A DNA stretch of 64,000 bases from Candidatus Magasanikiibacteriota bacterium. GTDB taxonomy: Bacteria; Patescibacteriota; Patescibacteriia; Magasanikbacterales; UBA922. The notes under the pieces were generated by a model that was not told where the DNA came from, did not search any database, and was given only the letters and a program-made list of their open reading frames with translations. Position 1 is the stretch's first letter. Each line of letters starts with the position of its first letter. The stretch spans positions 163,719 through 227,718 of the forward strand of contig DMXO01000005.1 of the NCBI GenBank assembly GCA_003482855.1. Reading direction: 5' to 3'. The translations under genes were made by a program, and so were the position numbers. This document shows positions 8,049 to 18,509 of this stretch, in pieces.

Positions 8049-9227
8049 ATGAAAATCTGTATCATCAACAATCTATACCCTCCCTATGCCCGTGGTGGCG
8101 CTGAACAGGTTGTGAAGCGCACTGTTGACGGACTTTTGAAACAGGGGAATGATGTCGTCCTCATTACCAGCACGCCAGATGACGAGGGTGTGGAGGAACA
8201 GGTTCATCTCAAGATTTATCGGATACGTCCGCGTAATATATTTTTTTATACTCAGGCGCACAAACATGATATAGCTTCCCGTTTTTTGTGGCATATAATA
8301 GATATGTTTAATGTCTTTGTAAGCAGAGAAACAAAACGTATTTTAACATGGGAAAAACCAGATATTGTGCATACACATAATCTCATGGGCTTGAGTTTTC
8401 TTATTCCTCAGACAATTCGTGCTCTTGGTATTCGTCATGTGCATACGGTGCACGATGTACAGCTCGTTGAGCCAAGCGGTATTATTCTCAAGACAAGAGA
8501 AAATTCATGGAGATATACAGGATTTCCCACAAAATTGTATACGTGGATTATGAAGAAGTTGCTTGGTTCTCCAGAAGTGGTGATTTCTCCGTCTCAGTTT
8601 TTGTTGGATTTTTATAAGGCTCGTGGATTTTTTAGAAATTCTGCAAAGACGCTTCTGCGTAATCCATTAACTTTAGATTTCAAAGAGGAGAAAGGGGAAC
8701 GGGTTAGTACAGAAACATTTAATTTTTTATATTTGGGACAAGTAGAAGATCACAAAGGAATTTTTTTATTGGGTGAAGCATTTGAGAAAATCAGTGATGC
8801 TGTATTACATATTGTTGGTGACGGATCAAGGCTCGAAAATTTGAAAGAATATACAAAAGGAAATAAACATGTCGTGTATCATGGGCGCGTTGATCGGGAA
8901 AAATTGCCTGAGCTTTTTTCTATGATGGACGTCACTGTTGTGCCATCGCTTTGTTATGAAAATTCACCAACAGTTATTTTTGAGAGTTTGTATTTTGGTG
9001 TGCCTGTGCTTGCAAGCCGTATCGAAGGCATTGCCGAACTTATTGAAGAAGGAGAGAACGGTTTTACGTTTGAGGCTGGTGATGTATCATCTTTGATACA
9101 TAAGCTTTCGTGGTGTGTCGAACATAAAAAAGAAATTGACAGTATGCGTATAAAAATTCCGACCACGAGTAGGTCGGAAGGAGAATATATTGAGAAGCTT
9201 ATTACATTGTATAGTAAATCAGTCTAG
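8049..9227 (+). CDS. Glycosyltransferase family 4
   Basis: YPPYARGGAE, PDIVHTHN, KGIFLL, VPSLCYENSPTVIFES, EGENGF. Confidence 0.9.
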   Translation: MKICIINNLYPPYARGGAEQVVKRTVDGLLKQGNDVVLITSTPDDEGVEEQVHLKIYRIRPRNIFFYTQAHKHDIASRFLWHIIDMFNVFVSRETKRILTWEKPDIVHTHNLMGLSFLIPQTIRALGIRHVHTVHDVQLVEPSGIILKTRENSWRYTGFPTKLYTWIMKKLLGSPEVVISPSQFLLDFYKARGFFRNSAKTLLRNPLTLDFKEEKGERVSTETFNFLYLGQVEDHKGIFLLGEAFEKISDAVLHIVGDGSRLENLKEYTKGNKHVVYHGRVDREKLPELFSMMDVTVVPSLCYENSPTVIFESLYFGVPVLASRIEGIAELIEEGENGFTFEAGDVSSLIHKLSWCVEHKKEIDSMRIKIPTTSRSEGEYIEKLITLYSKSV

Positions 9228-9742
9228 ACGAATCCACCACCTCATGGTGGATTTTTTGTCCGGATTTAATTTTGTTTCGATAATATCTTCAAGTATTCCA
9301 CCACTTGCTTGTATTATTTTACGTGAGCCAACATTATCTTCATCACAGGTGATCATTACTTTCTTTAGTCCAAATCGTTTTGTTTTTTTGAGGGCAAGCG
9401 CAAGCATGTGTGTGCCGTATCCCTTTTTGCGTTTACTGGGGCGAATACTGTATCCAATGTGTCCACCATATTCTCTCAATTTTTTGTTGAGTTTGTGTCT
9501 AAATGAGACAGCACCAACGAATGTATTGTTATCTATGAGCCACCACGTAGAAGCTGGGACAAAACCTCGAGGTAAATCTATATTTTTTTCATGGTTGCGT
9601 ATGCGCTCAAGATACTTCTTGAAGTTTTTCCGCGCGAGTTCTTCATCAAAAATACCTGGATGATCTCCTTCTTTTTTAAATTCATCAAGTGCTTTAATAA
9701 AGCTTTTTTATACTTGTTTGTTGGTTTGATAAGTTTGATCAT
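9219..9742 (-). pseudogene. GNAT acetyltransferase interrupted by a 1-nt frameshift (or homopolymer sequencing error)
   Basis: ATG 9742 gives MIKLIKPTNKYKK. One extra A in the run at 9704-9709 continues it as SFIKALDEF...LPRGFVPASTWW...GGHIGYSIRPSKRKKGYG...ITCDEDNVGSRKII. Confidence 0.75.
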
Positions 9743-9749
9743 ACGGCGT

Positions 9750-9804
9750 TAGTTCGTAGTCAATAGGAAGAGATTTGTAGATGGTATGTAAAAACTATTG
9801 GCTA
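9750..9804. repeat. Inverted 7-nt-period repeat (TAGTTCA/TAGCCAA family), no cargo
   Basis: TAGTTCG TAGTCAA TAG, 28-nt spacer, CTATTGG CTA. The final CTA is the stop codon of the upstream minus-strand gene. Confidence 0.65.
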
Positions 9805-11907
9805 TCTGCTTGTATATGTGAAAATCCAAATTTTATCATTGATGACATGCCACGAGTCAGCGGTTTGTTTTGCACCTTCAACAATAGTATTGAAATTATC
9901 CCAGTACCAATTCACGACAAAGTATGCTTTGTTTGTCCCTGTTAAGTCCATAACTTCATCCATATATTCGCGTTTTTGTCCCTCGTACAACATTTTTTGA
10001 TAGATCTTGTATAGAGGTCCGCCAGTCGGGATTGAATAATAAAATAGTTCTCCTTGTTCAGTTTGAAAATGTTTTATAAAACTATATTTGGTAAGTGCAG
10101 CGACAGAGGTGATAGAATTTGCAAGGACAACATAGTCATAGTTTGTGTTGTCTGCATTGATCCATTCGACTGTTTGTACATCATATTGTGTTACATTGAA
10201 CCCGGTGAAATATACTTTTGGATTTCGTTGAGGATAACTTAGATACAGCGAAACCATGAGAAGTACAGAACTTATGATAATTCCGAGTGTCATCCACTGT
10301 CTTTTTGATAGGGTCTGTACTCCATCGATAAGGCTTTTGCCAATATAATATATCCCATACATGCTCCACGGTATGAGAAATAGGAGGCCAATAACGAGGA
10401 GACGTGTCGGATATCCACCTTGCTCTAGATTTATAACATTGGGGAACACGATCCATGTTCGCAAAAGCCATGCAGCAATCCACATACTAAGAGCGGTGAG
10501 TGGAAAAATATATTCCACAATTTTCTTTTGTTTTTTGACAAAAAAACCAATAATGCCAAATCCAATCACGAGGGGAATGATAAGGCGTTGCCAAATATAG
10601 AGTAACTCAAAGAGTAACGGAGAATTTTGTCTATACCAATACGGACGTTTGAAAAGTTCCAAAAATTTTTCAATTTCCAAAAAAGGATTTGAAAATACAG
10701 GCATATCGTATCCGCCAAGTTTCAAATACATGGTGAACATAATGGCCGGGAGTAGCGTGATCCCGAATGTATATAATATGAGGAGCGGGATTTGTATTTT
10801 CTTAATTTTATTCACCTGTATGATAATCATAGCAATGACAAACCCGAGGAGCGGAATGCCAATGAATGGGTGAATAACTGTTGATATCAGGGCAAGCGCC
10901 GTAGGGATGATCCATGGGATATTTTTTCTTATATATCCAATCGACGTAAATACCGTGAGTATAGTAAGTAGTAGGACGACATTGTATGGTGTGGTGAGAT
11001 GGAGAGATGTGATAAATAAGAATGGTAAGAGGAGGACTAAGGAAAGAGCACTATCACCATCAAGATTCCATGATTTTTTGAGTGTATAATAAATTACGAA
11101 TGGCAAACTGAGAGACGCGAGTACGGGAACAAGATATACATCAATAATCTGAACAGAGATATGCGTAAGATTTGAAAGCCATACGACGAACCCATATTGC
11201 CCAATATAAAATGGATTTTTTGGTGTAATCATACCATTGGTTTGGATCCACACCTCGGTAGCTCGATGTATGAGTCCATCAAATCCATACCCTAGTTTGT
11301 AGATGATAGGTGCTACTGAATAGGTGATGAAGAGATGAAGCGACGTAAGTATGATGTCACTTGTCGTTCGTTTCGTTTTGGTGATAATCCAGATGAGCAG
11401 AGCTGTGGCAAGAGCATATATGATGAAGAATGATTTCCCCAGCGTCATCCAAGGCGAAGGGAGTACTTCTGCTGTCTGATTATGAAAGAGTGTATAGAGC
11501 AATATTGCTTCGAGTATGAGTAGTAGCGCCGTAGGGAAACAATATGATCGTTCAAAATAGTTTTCTATTTTGTCAGTAGGTATTTCGCTGTTTTGTTTGA
11601 AAAAGAAAAGAAACAATGGAATGATAAAAACAAATGCTGTGGTAAGGGAGGTAATTTTGTATGGGTAGTATATGATGACATTGAGGAGTACTATGAGGCA
11701 TATGATAAGCGTCATACCCCAGAAGCGTCGTCCTTGTTCGCCCATATATCTAGGGAGGAGCGAACTCGTCCATGTACCAATAGTGTAGATGTATATAAGA
11801 AATGCAATACTGCCAACTACGACGTTTTGGAATACAAAAATATTGAGAATACCCAAAATAGTACTACATATAGCCCAGGCGAGAAGTTTTTTTCTATTAA
11901 AATACAT
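9802..11907 (-). CDS. Large polytopic membrane protein (possibly GT-C-like)
   Basis: 701-aa ORF with many hydrophobic helices, a GFDGLIH loop motif and a soluble C-terminal domain. Confidence 0.6.
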   Translation of the reverse strand: MYFNRKKLLAWAICSTILGILNIFVFQNVVVGSIAFLIYIYTIGTWTSSLLPRYMGEQGRRFWGMTLIICLIVLLNVIIYYPYKITSLTTAFVFIIPLFLFFFKQNSEIPTDKIENYFERSYCFPTALLLILEAILLYTLFHNQTAEVLPSPWMTLGKSFFIIYALATALLIWIITKTKRTTSDIILTSLHLFITYSVAPIIYKLGYGFDGLIHRATEVWIQTNGMITPKNPFYIGQYGFVVWLSNLTHISVQIIDVYLVPVLASLSLPFVIYYTLKKSWNLDGDSALSLVLLLPFLFITSLHLTTPYNVVLLLTILTVFTSIGYIRKNIPWIIPTALALISTVIHPFIGIPLLGFVIAMIIIQVNKIKKIQIPLLILYTFGITLLPAIMFTMYLKLGGYDMPVFSNPFLEIEKFLELFKRPYWYRQNSPLLFELLYIWQRLIIPLVIGFGIIGFFVKKQKKIVEYIFPLTALSMWIAAWLLRTWIVFPNVINLEQGGYPTRLLVIGLLFLIPWSMYGIYYIGKSLIDGVQTLSKRQWMTLGIIISSVLLMVSLYLSYPQRNPKVYFTGFNVTQYDVQTVEWINADNTNYDYVVLANSITSVAALTKYSFIKHFQTEQGELFYYSIPTGGPLYKIYQKMLYEGQKREYMDEVMDLTGTNKAYFVVNWYWDNFNTIVEGAKQTADSWHVINDKIWIFTYTSR

Positions 11908-11961
11908 ATTGATTTTTATTGTTTTTAGTGTATACTAGACAATGTTATTTTAGCGAAAAAT

Positions 11962-12585
11962 ATGGAATTTATCAATACGTTTAAGCAAAAACATCCGGAG
12001 CTCTTTTCCTATTTGCAAGCAGATGAGATACATGCGCATGACTATTTTTTGGCACGCACATTTTTGAAACTATTGCCTGCATCAGTTACACCAAACAAAA
12101 TCAGCATATTTAGAATTATAGCTACGCCCGTAGTTTTTTTGTTTATACTGTATGGATGCTATCGTATTGGTGTTGTGTTATTTTTATTAGTCGCTTTTAC
12201 TGATGCACTAGATGGTTCACTTGCACGCACACAGGCCAAAGTTACACGGTTTGGTATGCTCATTGATCCACTCGCAGACAAGCTCCTTATAGGATCTATG
12301 GTTTTGCTTCTCGTATTCAAGCATTTGGATTTTTGGCTCGGCATTGCAGTACTTGGAATAGAGATTGTGTTTATTGCAAGTGCGTATGTAGCGACGGTGA
12401 AATTCAAGACAGTGCGTATGGCAAATTTATGGGGGAAAATAAAAATGTTTTTGCAAGTATTGTCAGTGTGCGCTATTCTTATCGCTCTCGTGTTTGATAA
12501 TGAAATATTTTTGAGAATAGCGAGTGGGATTTTGGGTTTGTCTGTTGGTTTTGCATTATTGAGTTTGTTTCGGCATGGCGTGTAG
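11962..12585 (+). CDS. CDP-alcohol phosphatidyltransferase (PgsA-like)
   Basis: TPNKISIFR, TDALDGSLAR...TRFGMLIDPLADK, GKIKM. Confidence 0.9.
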   Translation: MEFINTFKQKHPELFSYLQADEIHAHDYFLARTFLKLLPASVTPNKISIFRIIATPVVFLFILYGCYRIGVVLFLLVAFTDALDGSLARTQAKVTRFGMLIDPLADKLLIGSMVLLLVFKHLDFWLGIAVLGIEIVFIASAYVATVKFKTVRMANLWGKIKMFLQVLSVCAILIALVFDNEIFLRIASGILGLSVGFALLSLFRHGV

Positions 12586-12631
12586 TCAATGTTATAAAAA
12601 GGGGAACCCGCTCATCGGTTGATGGCGGGTA

Positions 12632-13357
12632 TCAGGGAGAGCGTTTGCGTTCCGCGAGCTTGTGGGACAAGCTCTGGTACGCGAACGGAATGGCGGTCGC
12701 GAGGGAAACGATTCCGACGTAGCCAGCCCAATGGGCGTGGGGGGAGGGAAGCGAGAGGATCAGCCCGCCCAGGCCGATCATCTCGAGAGCCATCTTCAAT
12801 TTGCCTGAACCGGGTGCGCGGAGGTCGACCTTCTTGGCCGAGCCATTGCCACGTTTGTTATTCAGGTAGTCGAGGGCACGGATCGTGCCCAAGATGGCTT
12901 CGAGCACGCAGAGGGTGCCGAGCGTCACCGACGTGATAAGCGTGTACCACATTGGCGCGTGGTGAATGAGCATGAGGAGCGTTCCGGCCGCGACACCTGC
13001 GAAGAACCACTTATCGCAGAAGGCGTCGATGAACTTGCCGAAGTCCTCGTCATCATAGTGGCCTAGCTTCTTGTGGACGGTAGCCACCAGTCCGTCTACG
13101 AAGTCCATGACAGCAGCGATCACGAAGGTCACGAACGCTGCCATGAAGTACTCATAGGCCATGAGTACTCCCACGGGGACGAGCGCGACAGTCCGCGCGT
13201 AGGTGACACGGTTGGCGGTCATGAACAGGATCTTCTGTCCGCCGCTCAGCCACTGCGGCAGGTGCCGCGGGAACACGTACGGAACCGCGGGCTCGAAGAA
13301 CGCACGAAGGAAGTTGTACCACGACATGAACAGTCCGATCGTTTCGGAGTTTTCCAT
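12632..13357 (-). CDS. CDP-alcohol phosphatidyltransferase, GC-rich divergent paralog
   Basis: TANRVTYAR, MDFVDGLVA...FGKFIDAFCDK, GKLKM. Start uncertain (13357 or 13390). Confidence 0.8.
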   Translation of the reverse strand: MENSETIGLFMSWYNFLRAFFEPAVPYVFPRHLPQWLSGGQKILFMTANRVTYARTVALVPVGVLMAYEYFMAAFVTFVIAAVMDFVDGLVATVHKKLGHYDDEDFGKFIDAFCDKWFFAGVAAGTLLMLIHHAPMWYTLITSVTLGTLCVLEAILGTIRALDYLNNKRGNGSAKKVDLRAPGSGKLKMALEMIGLGGLILSLPSPHAHWAGYVGIVSLATAIPFAYQSLSHKLAERKRSP

Positions 13358-13442
13358 GACGAGCGCCTTTCTTGGTTTAAAGGTTTTCACGAAAAAGAAC
13401 GGTAGTATTTTGTATCAGTTTTTTATAGTTTGGTCAAGTTTT

Positions 13443-15014
13443 ATGAAGAATTTTTTTCATAGTAAATATAATATAGTACTCCTGATTTTTTCTTTAGTGT
13501 TTTTTGTTTTATATAATTATTTGAATTTTTCAGTGCCGGGGATTTTTAATTCTCCAGATGAAACTGCAAATTTTGTTTTTACTCAGACTATTGCAAAAGA
13601 ACATAAGCTCTCATATCGATTGCCAAATGATTATGGAGCATTGAATGAATTTATTCATCCGCGCAGTACATTTGTCGAGGAAGTTGGAGGTGACGAGATT
13701 TTGCCAGTCGGTTTTTGGGGAATGCCGGCGCTATATGGCATTGTTGCCAAATCGATTGGTACGAAGTTGGTTGTATTTTTGACATCTATACTTGCGATAT
13801 TTGGAGTTTGGGCGTTTTATGGAATTATAAAAAAAATATTCAGTGAACAAATTTCATTTTGGAGTTCTGTATTATTATTTTTTCAGCCAGTACTCTGGTA
13901 CTACACAGGGCGTAGCATGTTCCATAATGTAGGATTTGTAAGTTTGGTGTTGATGGGTGTTTGGCTTTTGATTTCTAAGCCAATAAAAAAATATATATGG
14001 TCGAATGATATCCTTGGTATGGTCATTTTCATGCTTGGGATTCTGATGCGGCCGAATGAAATTGTGTGGATTGTATTATGTATATGTATTGTTGTGATAA
14101 TGTATAGAAAAGAAATCAGTTTTTCACGATTGCTTACATGGGTAATTATTGGACTATTATTTGTTGGTTTGTATGGATGGATAAATATACAGGTATACGG
14201 GAGTTCAGCAGGTAGTTATATTAGTTCTCGTTCACTTGAAGTCAGACATTGGTATTCATTCATATTTCCATTTGGTATTGATATTGAGATGATACTGAAA
14301 AGTGGATGGTTTTATTTTGTGAAAATGTTTTGGTGGTTTAGTATTCCTGCATTGTTTGGTTTTTGTCTATTTATTTTTGAATGGATCAAAAAAAGACTTA
14401 CCAAAGAGCAGATTGTCTTTGGGATAGTATTCATTTTGGCGAGTTTATTTTTGTTTGTGTACTATGGTAGTAATCACGATACTCTTTTTGATCAGAAGAC
14501 AATTGGGGTTGCGTATACACGGTATTGGTTGCCACTTTTCGTGGCGAGTACAATATTTGTGGTTTTTGCTTATTTTTGGCTACTGGAGAGGATTTCGTAT
14601 AAGAGATTTTTGAATATTTTGGGCATAATATCAGTGATAATTTCCTTTGTATATAGCGCAAAAGTGGTATATGGAGGTATAGATGGGCTTGATAATACCA
14701 AAGATAACCTTCTGTATGCTTATGAAGTCAAAACATGGGTCTTGGCTAATACAAAAGAGGATGTTATAATCATAACTGACCATGAAGACAAGTTTTTCTG
14801 GCCAGAAAGACAGGTGATTGTCCGTTTTTTTGACTCTCGAGTTGGGGAAGCGGTACAGAAGTTAGCCCAGGAACGTAAAATTGTCTATTATTTTTGTCCA
14901 CGTTTAGATGATGTACAGAGGGAGAACGTTTATATTCATCTGAGGCGATTTGGTCTTGGAATGGGCAAGATTATGGATTTCCAAGAACATGAACTATATA
15001 TAATAAGACAGTAA
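13443..15014 (+). CDS. GT-C (ArnT/PMT-like, GT39-type) membrane glycosyltransferase
   Basis: SPDETAN acidic motif after the first TM, about 12 TMs, RPNE and RYWLP motifs. Confidence 0.7.
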   Translation: MKNFFHSKYNIVLLIFSLVFFVLYNYLNFSVPGIFNSPDETANFVFTQTIAKEHKLSYRLPNDYGALNEFIHPRSTFVEEVGGDEILPVGFWGMPALYGIVAKSIGTKLVVFLTSILAIFGVWAFYGIIKKIFSEQISFWSSVLLFFQPVLWYYTGRSMFHNVGFVSLVLMGVWLLISKPIKKYIWSNDILGMVIFMLGILMRPNEIVWIVLCICIVVIMYRKEISFSRLLTWVIIGLLFVGLYGWINIQVYGSSAGSYISSRSLEVRHWYSFIFPFGIDIEMILKSGWFYFVKMFWWFSIPALFGFCLFIFEWIKKRLTKEQIVFGIVFILASLFLFVYYGSNHDTLFDQKTIGVAYTRYWLPLFVASTIFVVFAYFWLLERISYKRFLNILGIISVIISFVYSAKVVYGGIDGLDNTKDNLLYAYEVKTWVLANTKEDVIIITDHEDKFFWPERQVIVRFFDSRVGEAVQKLAQERKIVYYFCPRLDDVQRENVYIHLRRFGLGMGKIMDFQEHELYIIRQ

Positions 15015-15019
15015 AATAT

Positions 15020-15427
15020 ATGAGTGATTGTATCTTTTGTAAAATCGTAAAAAAAGAAATCCCCAATTATACCGTGTATGAAGATGATCATGTACTTGCT
15101 TTTTTGGATATTGCTCCACGGGCAAAAGGTCATACATTAGTAATCCCCAAAGTTCATGCTGAACATTTACTTGAACTTAATGACGAGTTGTTGGGCTTTT
15201 TATTATTTGGGGTTAAACGTGCGCAGGAGAGAATAGATCATATATTGCAGCCAGATGGGTATAATGTGGGTTGGAATCACGGTGAAGTGGGAGGACAAGT
15301 TGTCCCTCATTTGCATATACATATTTTTCCACGATGGAGAAATGACGGCGGTGGGAATATGCATTCTATTATAGATCAATCTGGAGATAAGACGGTTGAA
15401 GACGTGGGGAAATTATTTAAGACTTAA
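15020..15427 (+). CDS. HIT family nucleotide hydrolase
   Basis: MSDCIFCKI...GHTLVIPK...GQVVPHLHIHIFPR. Confidence 0.93.
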   Translation: MSDCIFCKIVKKEIPNYTVYEDDHVLAFLDIAPRAKGHTLVIPKVHAEHLLELNDELLGFLLFGVKRAQERIDHILQPDGYNVGWNHGEVGGQVVPHLHIHIFPRWRNDGGGNMHSIIDQSGDKTVEDVGKLFKT

Positions 15428-15428
15428 A

Positions 15429-15530
15429 CACTCGGACATTTCAGCACTGGAGCATTAAAGCACTTGAGCACGTTGTTCCAAAGAAGACACATTTAAAAAA
15501 GTGCTAAAATGCTGTAGTGCTCAGGTGAAC
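15429..15530. repeat. Inverted pair of 8-nt-period repeats (CACTnnAG family)
   Basis: CACTCGGA CATTTCAG CACTGGAG CATTAAAG CACTTGAG CAC / AAGTGCTA AAATGCTG TAGTGCTC AGGTGAAC, filling the stop-to-start gap. Confidence 0.75.
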
Positions 15531-15533
15531 CAT

Positions 15534-16070
15534 ATGCCGAAACATTTGAAAAAACTTACTGAAGAGGTACTCCACGAGAATCCATGGTGGAAATATAAGC
15601 ACGATACATACGAAATGCCCAATGGCAAGCCTGGTGATTATTTTTATGGAGAAACAAATGGTGTTGTCATTGTCGTTCCCGTACTAGAAGATGAAAGAAT
15701 TGTATTGACATTGCAACATAGATATCTTGTTGACAAGCAAAGTATCGAATTTCCTGCAGGAGGAATAAGAATAGGTATGACGCCTGCTGAAGCGGCCCAA
15801 TTGGAACTTCTCGAAGAGACAGGATGTGTGCCAAGAGAAATGGTCAAGATGGGAACATTTGAGCCGGCAAATGGATTTGTAAAAGATATGTGTCATGTAT
15901 ATTTAGCTCATGTTGCATCACAGGGTCCTCAGCATCCTGATGAATCTGAAGAGATAGAACTTATGTATCGCCGGCCAGAAGAAATAGATGATATGATTCG
16001 TAAGAATGAAATATGGGATGGCGAGACTATGGCCACATGGGCGCTTGTCCACCATTATTTTTTGCATTAA
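15534..16070 (+). CDS. Nudix hydrolase (ADP-ribose pyrophosphatase-like)
   Basis: QHRYL...IEFPAGG...AAQLELLEETG...DESEEIE...IWDGET. Confidence 0.85.
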   Translation: MPKHLKKLTEEVLHENPWWKYKHDTYEMPNGKPGDYFYGETNGVVIVVPVLEDERIVLTLQHRYLVDKQSIEFPAGGIRIGMTPAEAAQLELLEETGCVPREMVKMGTFEPANGFVKDMCHVYLAHVASQGPQHPDESEEIELMYRRPEEIDDMIRKNEIWDGETMATWALVHHYFLH

Positions 16071-16084
16071 TAGAGTAATAGCAT

Positions 16085-17029
16085 ATGTCCGAGTTTATAG
16101 AAAGTACGATATACAAATTGGAAGAAGAAAAATATGCTATCTTGTGCGTAGATCTTATTATTCTTGATACAGAGGGGAATGTTTTGCTTGGCAGACGTAC
16201 TCTTGAACCAGCAAAAGGACGCTGGGTATTACCCGGTGGTTATGTACAAATTACTGATGACAATATAGAGTCAGCAGCAGTGAGAAGCGCAAAGACAGAA
16301 TTTGGTGTTGATATTGAATTGACGCATCTAGTGGATGTAATGGGAGATCCAGATATGAAACCAGTTGCAGATCCACGTTTTTATGCAGTGCAGGTATTGT
16401 ATACAGCAGTAATCAAAAAAAATAGTTCCCCGATAGCCTCATCATATTTTATGAGTGAGGGTATGTGGGTTAAACCGAGAAAAGCGTTGTGGAAGAAACT
16501 TGGTTTTAATCATAAAATGCTTATCAAATCTTATCTCAAGAAAAAAAGTGAAGAACAACTTATCCCAATAAAACGTACACTATATACGCAACATTTCGGA
16601 CAAGTGCATGATTATCTAAAAAATAATTATATGCATACCGTGGTGATGGGTATTGTTATTAATGAACGTAACGAGATATTACTTGCACATCGTGTGCAAG
16701 AGCCGTTCAAAGGTGCTTGGGATCTTCCGGGCGGACATATGTATGCGCATGAGTCTGTAGAGGAATGTCTCAAACGTGAAGTACGTGAAGAATTGGGAGT
16801 GGATTGTGAAGTGGGTGATTTGTTTCATGTATATTCTGACAAAGGCATGAGCCCCAAATTTTCACGTGCCATGGTTTTATATTTTATTAGAATCAAAAGT
16901 CAGGAATTTGTGAAGAACGTAGAAATGGATGATTTTGGATATTTTCCTCTTGATCAGATCCCTGACAATCTTGCCTATCATATTGATGGCGCACTAAAAG
17001 ACGTAAAAGATTTCATTGCACAAAGATAA
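16085..17029 (+). CDS. Tandem double-Nudix-domain protein
   Basis: WVLPGGYV...AAVRSAKTEFG (degenerate box) and WDLPGGHM...CLKREVREELG (canonical box). Confidence 0.85.
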   Translation: MSEFIESTIYKLEEEKYAILCVDLIILDTEGNVLLGRRTLEPAKGRWVLPGGYVQITDDNIESAAVRSAKTEFGVDIELTHLVDVMGDPDMKPVADPRFYAVQVLYTAVIKKNSSPIASSYFMSEGMWVKPRKALWKKLGFNHKMLIKSYLKKKSEEQLIPIKRTLYTQHFGQVHDYLKNNYMHTVVMGIVINERNEILLAHRVQEPFKGAWDLPGGHMYAHESVEECLKREVREELGVDCEVGDLFHVYSDKGMSPKFSRAMVLYFIRIKSQEFVKNVEMDDFGYFPLDQIPDNLAYHIDGALKDVKDFIAQR

Positions 17030-17037
17030 ATACGCAT

Positions 17038-17469
17038 ATGATTTTTGAAGAAGAAAAAATTTATCCTCGCTGTTCTGCCAACATGATTATTTTTGATGCT
17101 GCAGGCAATGTGTTACTGACTAAGCGTGGCGTAGAGCCATACAAAGAATATTGGGTGATACCCGGAGGACATATCAAGCGTGAATCTCCCACAGACGCAG
17201 TGAGGAGAGAAATACATGAAGAACTCAATGTACAGGCTGAGCCAACGAGATTGTATGGTGTATATGAAAATTTGACCAATGATCCTCGTAGACCAACCGT
17301 GTCCATCTTTTATATTGGGCATATAGTGAGTGGTGATATTGAAGCGACTATAGAGGTCTCAGAGACAAAGTTTTTTAGCTTGCATGATTTGCCTGACAAG
17401 ATAGGGTTCAATCATCGTCGTATACTAGAAGATATTAGGAAGTTCCCTGAAGGGCAACCGCTTAAGTAA
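17038..17469 (+). CDS. Nudix hydrolase
   Basis: WVIPGGHIK...AVRREIHEELN, DPR and GFNH motifs. Confidence 0.85.
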   Translation: MIFEEEKIYPRCSANMIIFDAAGNVLLTKRGVEPYKEYWVIPGGHIKRESPTDAVRREIHEELNVQAEPTRLYGVYENLTNDPRRPTVSIFYIGHIVSGDIEATIEVSETKFFSLHDLPDKIGFNHRRILEDIRKFPEGQPLK

Positions 17470-17499
17470 TTTTCAATTTAAAATTTAAAATTTTCAAAT
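17468..17499. repeat. AT-only 7-nt-period repeat
   Basis: AATTTTC AATTTAA AATTTAA AATTTTC AAAT between stop and start codons. Confidence 0.55.
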
Positions 17500-17504
17500 G
17501 AGCT

Positions 17505-18509
17505 ATGAAATTATTAGTTACCGGAGGTGCTGGTTTCATTGGGTCAAATTTTATTCGATATTGGATGCGAGAACATTCACAAGATGAAATTGTTAATTTT
17601 GATCTTTTGACATATGCAGGGAATTTGGAAAATTTAAAAGATGTCGCTGATAATAAAAATTATACATTTGTAAAAGGAGATATCTGTGATAGAGATTTAG
17701 TTTTTAATTTGATCAGGGATAATGATGTTGTTGTTCACTTTGCTGCTGAGTCTCACGTTGATCGTTCTATTATGGACCCCAGTTCTTTCATCCGTACAAA
17801 TGTACTTGGTACCCAGACTATTCTCGATGCTGTTCGTGAATATAAAAAGAGACTACATCATATTTCCACAGATGAAGTATTTGGAGCGTTAAGACCAGGA
17901 GAACCGGCTTTTAATGAACAGACGCGATATGCACCTCGAAGCCCTTATTCAGCGAGCAAAGCTGCATCAGATCATCTTGTGTGTTCATATCACACAACGT
18001 ATGGGATTGAAATGACTATTTCAAATTGTTCAAATAATTATGGGCCGTATCACTTTCCAGAAAAAATAATTCCATTATTTATTTCGAATCTCATGGAAGG
18101 TAAGAAAGTTCCCGTGTATGGCGATGGACAACAGATGCGTGATTGGATTTATGTCGAAGATCATAATCGCGGAGTTGATATGATTTTACAAAAAGGAAAA
18201 ATCGGAGAGACATATTGTCTTGGTGGAAAAGACGCTGAAATCACAAATTTGGAATTGACCAAAAAACTTATTGAATTACTCGGTCGTGATGAAAGCTATA
18301 TTGAGTATGTGAAAGATAGACCTGGACATGACAGGCGCTATGCTATAGATTATACAAAAGCTAAAAAAGAATTAGGTTGGGAACCACTTATTGATTTAGA
18401 TGAAGGATTACGAATGACGATTGATTGGTACAAGAATAATCAAGAGTGGGTAGGTAGATGCAAGAGTGGCGCATATCAAGAGTATTATGAAGAGTGGTAT
18501 GGGAGATAG
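17505..18509 (+). CDS. rfbB: dTDP-glucose 4,6-dehydratase
   Basis: VTGGAGFIGSNF, HFAAESHVDRS, ISTDEVFG, PYSASKA, SNNYGPY, DRPGHDRRY. Confidence 0.96.
   Translation: MKLLVTGGAGFIGSNFIRYWMREHSQDEIVNFDLLTYAGNLENLKDVADNKNYTFVKGDICDRDLVFNLIRDNDVVVHFAAESHVDRSIMDPSSFIRTNVLGTQTILDAVREYKKRLHHISTDEVFGALRPGEPAFNEQTRYAPRSPYSASKAASDHLVCSYHTTYGIEMTISNCSNNYGPYHFPEKIIPLFISNLMEGKKVPVYGDGQQMRDWIYVEDHNRGVDMILQKGKIGETYCLGGKDAEITNLELTKKLIELLGRDESYIEYVKDRPGHDRRYAIDYTKAKKELGWEPLIDLDEGLRMTIDWYKNNQEWVGRCKSGAYQEYYEEWYGR

Noticed and set aside
9190-9663. 157-aa + strand ORF
   Set aside because: Antisense shadow of the frameshifted GNAT gene.
13203-13442. N-terminal 80 aa of the 603-aa ORF
   Set aside because: Overlaps the opposite-strand phosphatidyltransferase. 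ATG 13443 gives a normal membrane-protein start.
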